Source of the DNA: Octopus sinensis
Lineage: Eukaryota
Assembly: GCF_006345805.1 (NCBI RefSeq)
Contig: NC_043003.1
Span: 58,404,001 to 58,468,000, forward strand
Direction: 5' to 3'
DNA: 64,000 bases
Below are positions 58,327 to 64,000 of this stretch, piece after piece (the stretch's first letter is position 1; the number at the start of each line of letters is the position of its first letter). A program made the position numbers and the translations under genes. The notes below the pieces were generated by a model that was given only the letters and a program-made list of their open reading frames with translations, did not search any database and had not been told where the DNA came from.

Positions 58327-59120
58327 GACGATGACCATCTGACCCATCGACCTTTCCAACATACAAATCTCCAAGTAATAGCCAGTTTACTACTCAAAAT
58401 ACATTGAAAAACTGCTCTCGATTATAACCACCAAAAACTTTCAAAAGCCAGAATCACGCGTCTAACACTACCAATTGCAATTGTAACACCCCTTCATCTA
58501 CCCCTCCAAATGAAAATTTCCTCACAAGTAACACTATATATATATAGCACATTTGTAACTACGAACAACACTACGATACCAACAACAGCTACATATATAG
58601 GGTCAACGGCAAACCAGTTCAAAACACCGTGAAGCCAATACGTACATACTTTTCGCAACCCAAACAAGAATACACTGTCTAAACATATACGGTCACTAAA
58701 GTTAAAAATACCCCATTTGACCTTCATTAGGAAGTATTGTCCGATGCACAACCATATCAAACAAGCAACAAATCTTGTCAACTCTGTACTGCTGAATCCT
58801 ACCAAATTCCCATCTGTATGAACCATAATTCTGAGTTATTCTTTTGAAAACACTAAATCTTCAAACCTCTAAGACATTTCATACTAACACATTTTTCAAA
58901 CGGCTTAACATGACAACCTGTCATCCCACTTCCCCCCTACAGTTCTATATATAATCCTTCTACGAGCAACAAACACTATAGCTTTTCCCTCAATAAGCTC
59001 TGCTGCAATTTCCTAGAATTCCTACACTGATCATCTATAATACCCATAAAAAATTTCTAGCTAACGACGCATTTGTAAAATTTCTACTAAGGACGCATAT
59101 ACAGAAATAAGTTTCCTTGC
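58325..59120 (+). mobile_element. Degenerate Penelope-like GIY-YIG endonuclease fragment
   Basis: Peptides NCNC..., TSNTIYIA, TYIGSTANQFK, TLSKHIRSLK and PYQTSNKSCQLCTAE. Confidence 0.75.
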
Positions 59121-59169
59121 ATACATATCCATTTACAGACAGGTAGATAAGGAACTTAATAGACTTCTC

Positions 59170-59345
59170 TCAAATTTATTGAAAAACAAAGACGGAGACT
59201 GATGTAGAAACAACAGGTAAGTGTATTAGTTTGACGCCTGGGAGAAATGGAAAAGTCTTTTACATTTCGAGCCTAGGCTCTTCGACAGAAAGGAATAAAA
59301 GGAAATAAATAGAGAGAATGTAAAGAAACGTGTTGAGTTCAGTGG
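59170..59345 (-). mobile_element. PLE pLTR-like module with minimal hammerhead motif (59257-59292)
   Basis: CUUU-CUGUCGA-A-GAGC CUAG GCUC-GAAA-UG-UA-AAAG. Flanks are similar to 22.8 kb and 43.1 kb. Confidence 0.55.
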
Positions 59346-59716
59346 TCCAAGTCAATCATATAGACATACGATTCCATTTAATTCGGGATACCCCTACATG
59401 CCTTGGAACTGCAGTCATATAGGTCCATATGGATGTATGTAACGGTTTATGCTGTCCCTTAATTTTTAAAGAACTGCATGTAGATATTACGCGACTTTTA
59501 AGTGTCGTGCACTTGATTAATGCAGTATATTCCTACACGAACGTTTGTTTTAGACATGTGCGTGTGTGCGTGTGTGTATGTGTGTATATGTGTGCATGTG
59601 TGTATATGCATGCGTGCGTGTGTGCGTGTGTGTGTGTGTCTGAGTATGTTTACCTTCAGATATGAATGTGTGTGTGTATTATGTATTTATATTATATAAA
59701 TGTATGTGAGTGTATG

Positions 59717-59764
<48 letters not shown>

Positions 59765-59904
59765 ATATATATAAACATACACGCACGCGTTTGTTTATGT
59801 GTATATACATGCATGTGAGAATATACAACCGTGCGCACGTATGTGTAGGTAGGATTTAGACTTATGCATTCATCTGGATCAATATGTAACGTTATGAATT
59901 TGAA

Positions 59905-60228
59905 TGTATTTGTTTAAAAAGGTAAAGACGCCCTTCGGTCAAGAATGGCCGTGAGATTACATCCAAAAAGTACCCCACCGAGGCACAAGTCAGGGCAAAG
60001 TTGTTTGTAGTAGACCAGCAGTCGCCTATACATAGCAATCTCCCTTCTCCAAACCACCAAGGGAAAGGCAAGGGCCGACACAGCTTGGCACCAGTGACAG
60101 CTGAGTGAACTGGAGTAACATGAAATAAAGTGTCTTGCACAAGAACACAACACACAGCACGGTCTGGGAATCGAACTCACTATCTCATGATTGTGAGCCC
60201 GACGCTCTAACCACTGAGCCATGCGCCT
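59905..60228 (-). mobile_element. tRNA-derived SINE (family C-like head)
   Basis: GGCGCATGGCTCAGTGGTTAGAGCG..GTTCGATTCCC..CTTGTGCAAGACACTT. Not a foldable tRNA. Confidence 0.75.
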
Positions 60229-60304
60229 ACACTATACATTTGTCAACAACAATATAAGATCGATAAAAAAAAAAGGTATCCACGCTAGAAAGCCCAATGA
60301 ATAA

Positions 60305-60670
60305 AGGTGGCGAGCTGGCAGAACCGTTAGCACACCAGGCGAAATGCTTAGCGGTATTTCGTCTGCCACTACGTTCTGAGTTCAAATTCCACCGAGGTTG
60401 ACTTTGCCTTTCATCCTTTCTGGGTCGATATAATCGACTTAATCCATTTGTCTGTCCTTGTTTGTCCTCTCTGTGTTTAGCCCCTTGTGGGTAGTTAAGA
60501 AATAGGTATTTCGTCTGCCGCTACGTTCTGAGTTCAAATTCCACCGAGGTCGACTTTGGTTTTCATCCTTTCGGGGTCGATAAATTAAATACCAGTTGCG
60601 TACTTGAGTCGATCTAATCGACTGGCCCCCTACCCCAAACTTTCGGGCTTGTGCCTAGAGTAGAAAAGAA
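60305..60670 (+). mobile_element. SINE family A dimer
   Basis: Same head and core with the body repeated. Further family A copies lie near 7270-7484, 8346-8655, 21945-22305, 23695-23915, 35898-36100, 38330-38670, 46060-46272, 48570-49098, 50073-50260 and 52295-52490. Confidence 0.8.
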
Positions 60671-61519
60671 TATTTATAATAATATAGTCTTCTAAATCCT
60701 AAAATTTTCGAAATACGCAATTTAAAATTACTTTATAGAAACCTAAGAGCATTTCAACCAGTCTGACCTATGCTGAGGAATCAACAAAATTATGTACAAA
60801 CATTTTTTTGTGAACCCTAAAACGCAAGACTAACTTTATATGCAAAGAATATCTTGATATGAATTTGATACATCTATTTACACCTTTATTTGCAAGACAG
60901 ACTGAATCCTAAACAATAACACACTTCCCATATCAAACCAAAATATATCTCCTCATCATGATTTTCTAACAACCCACACCCTGTAAACAAATACTTTCTT
61001 CCTATCCGTCTCAACCCCCTTTTCTATCCAACATCTCATGTATATCTGCACTACATCTAATTATCATTCACATAGCTCCACCTACCAAAAAATTACCATA
61101 GATTACCAACTATCAAATTCACTCACAACGCTTTGGTCAGCTCTAGACTATAGTAGAAAAATAATAGGTACTTAATGGTATATATATTTAAATTGTATTT
61201 GAGTATAAAATAGATTATTTAATTTTATTGTTTTTTTTTAATATAGTTAATAATATTTTATTTGTGTGTTGTGTTGTTAAAGTTTGATTAAATTGATTTT
61301 AGATATGTATTATTTTAGAATATTAACTAATAATAGTTGAACTTTATATAATATGTAATATATAGTATGTGTAGTATATATATATATATTGCTCAAAGTG
61401 GGGCTGAACCCAGAACCATGTGGTTGGTAGACAAACACCTTACCATACACATACGCCTACGTCTTTGTGTTGGTGTATGTACATAAATGTATGCAAATGT
61501 ATATATATGTGAGTGTATA

Positions 61520-61645
<126 letters not shown>

Positions 61646-61654
61646 TATAATATG

Positions 61655-61701
<47 letters not shown>

Positions 61702-61708
61702 ATATATA

Positions 61709-61787
<79 letters not shown>

Positions 61788-61790
61788 TAT

Positions 61791-62110
61791 GTAGGTCCCG
61801 GGTTGAGTCGGGGTTAACCACAGTAAATAAGGTACTCAATACATAGCAGAGTAAATTAATTTATTTTATAGAAGGAGCTTCTACAGGACTAGAAACTGTT
61901 TCATTCAAAAGAAATCATCAGGAAGCTAGGTGACAAGAATAGTTTTGGCATTTATACACTTAGCAGGTTTAAGGGGTGGTGGTGGGGGACTTTTTGGGGT
62001 AGGCATGGCGCAAACTATCATTCTTAGGGGAGTGGTCAAAGGAATCAGTGATAAAGTAGATAAAAGAATAAATAGAATAATAGAGTTTATGTAAATAAGG
62101 AGACTCTCAC
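61791..62110 (-). mobile_element. Penelope-like pseudo-LTR module (hammerhead + AATAAA, ending at (TA)n)
   Basis: Hammerhead, then AATAAA (plus-strand TTTATT 61860-61865), then an abrupt junction with a long (TA)n tract at 61790. Confidence 0.6.
61876..61927 (-). ncRNA. Type I hammerhead ribozyme with canonical core
   Basis: Minus strand reads AGCUUC-CUGAUGA-U UUC(UUUU)GAA U-GAAA-CAG(UUUCUAGUC)CUG-UA-GAAGCU. Stem I is 6 bp, stem II 3 bp plus a U.U mismatch, stem III 3 bp plus A15.1-U16.1. Cleavage triplet is GUA. Confidence 0.8.
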
Positions 62111-62114
62111 TTAT

Positions 62115-62134
62115 ACATATATACATATATATAT

Positions 62135-62167
<33 letters not shown>

Positions 62168-62382
62168 CACATACACATACACACATACATCCATATACAC
62201 ATGTACATATGCACCCGTTTACTACATCTACGTACTCCCCATACCCATACCCATACTCATACATACCACAAATATCTACACACATATATAATATAAAATA
62301 AATAATATAAAAGAGGATATCACCACCATACACACACGCTCACATATCCATGTATATGTATATATATATATTATATATATAT

Positions 62383-62416
<34 letters not shown>

Positions 62417-62417
62417 C

Positions 62418-62489
<72 letters not shown>

Positions 62490-63347
62490 TATATTATATA
62501 TATATATATATATTATATATTGTTTTTATTTGACCTCGACCGACCAAGCCGACACAGAGGTAGGGTTCTCCCAAGGGAGCTTGCCTAGGTGGCTTAAAAA
62601 ACCATTTATTGCCCCTCTCCCTTCCTTTCTATCTTTCTTCCCACTGATACGAACACAAACACTCACACACGCACACACACTCACACGCACACTCATACAC
62701 ATACACAGACGCACGTGTTATATTCATACATACATAAGTGTACCGACTTTCACATAAACGTACACATAACTATGTACACACAAAACCACATATATAAATG
62801 TACTTCAGTACACATAAACACACAAGAACATCTGCCCACATATATAGATGCATATGCCTATATACAGACATTTGTGCATATAAACATACATACGCATATA
62901 TACACATCCATACGCCTTTAAGTACATATTAGCACACATGCACGCATACACGTGTACATAAAAGCATACCTACATATATCTACCTACACTCATACATATA
63001 CATTCATGCACATATATACGCATACGTACACGTACCTACAAATTCATATCTACACGCCTACACATACATACATCTGCACAGACACAGAAGACTAGTCCAT
63101 ATATATACACAAGTATACATATATACACATATATATACATATACATCTATATACATATATATACATATATATACACATACACGCACGTATATACCTACAT
63201 ATACATACACATATATACCTACACCAGTCATATACATACCTACATACACATACATCCATATATCTATACATATACATACACATATATATACACATATATA
63301 CCCATACATATATGCACATATATACACACACACATATATATACACAC

Positions 63348-63393
<46 letters not shown>

Positions 63394-63490
63394 TATATAT
63401 ATATAGGAGATAATAAAATATAGGCATACATACAACATATATGTACGTACCTACCTACATCTACATGTATATATACATGCATATATAAAT
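62115..63490. repeat. Degenerate (TA)/(CA)/(TACA) low-complexity block
   Basis: Directly visible. Confidence 0.85.
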
Positions 63491-64000
63491 AATTATACGG
63501 AAGTACAGGACATCACAATAAGACGTAGAAACAGAAAAAGCCAAAAAACAAAAAACAAGAAAACGGAAAACGAAAAACAATTAGAGGACAGGTTACACAA
63601 GGACAAAACCCCCGTCATCAGCTGTCGCTAGAGGAGTCAGGCATGTTTCGAAGGCATAACAGAACACTAATCCAATAGGCCTTCCTGCGAGAGAATTAAA
63701 ATAAAATTTCAAGCAGCGGGGCACAATGAGTACGAACACAAACAAGACGTAACAATAAGACTGCAAAATTAAAATACATGTACAAAAACAAACACAAGGA
63801 CGAACGAAAAAGCCTTTTTTCTGGCATAGACAAACAAAAAACTGCAAAATAAAATACATGTACAAAAAGTACAATTAGTTACAAAACGAGAAAATAACAG
63901 AATACTATACAGGAAATTAACCACACAAGGGGACGAACGAGAAGCCTTTTGCTGGCAAGGACGAAAGTGTAGTAGCAGCGCGTGGAGGCAGTCTTTTCAA

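Noticed and set aside
58629-58633. In-frame TGA in the PLE endonuclease as possible selenocysteine
   Set aside because: It aligns to the aromatic position of FKxR(W/Y) rather than a Cys, and the copy is heavily decayed. TGG>TGA is the simpler explanation.
60150-60228. tRNA-like sequences here, at 15410-15484 and in other SINE heads
   Set aside because: A and B boxes are present, but there is no complete cloverleaf and they continue into SINE bodies.

Overview
This is AT-rich, microsatellite-saturated animal DNA. The SINE families and repeat landscape look like an Octopus (coleoid cephalopod) genome, which is an inference from recalled repeat consensi. Almost all ORFs in the supplied track are translated microsatellites or SINE pieces. 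The only supportable host coding sequence is one 102-nt ankyrin-repeat exon (45208-45309, +) resembling an N-terminal ankyrin of TRPN/NompC, so the window is probably mostly intron. The rest is transposon-derived: at least three tRNA-SINE families, RTE, CR1-like and R4/Dong-like LINE fragments, a maT/Tc1-mariner relic, hAT and TTAA-type MITEs, and Penelope-like (PLE) RT/GIY-YIG remnants. The most interesting signal is a set of short modules abutting (TA)n tracts that carry hammerhead-ribozyme motifs. One has a canonical core (61876-61927, -). Others show family-wide core variants (A6U, U4C, U3-A8), and several occur as back-to-back inverted pairs. These are most likely PLE pseudo-LTRs. All folds and alignments were done by eye, and repeat boundaries are approximate.
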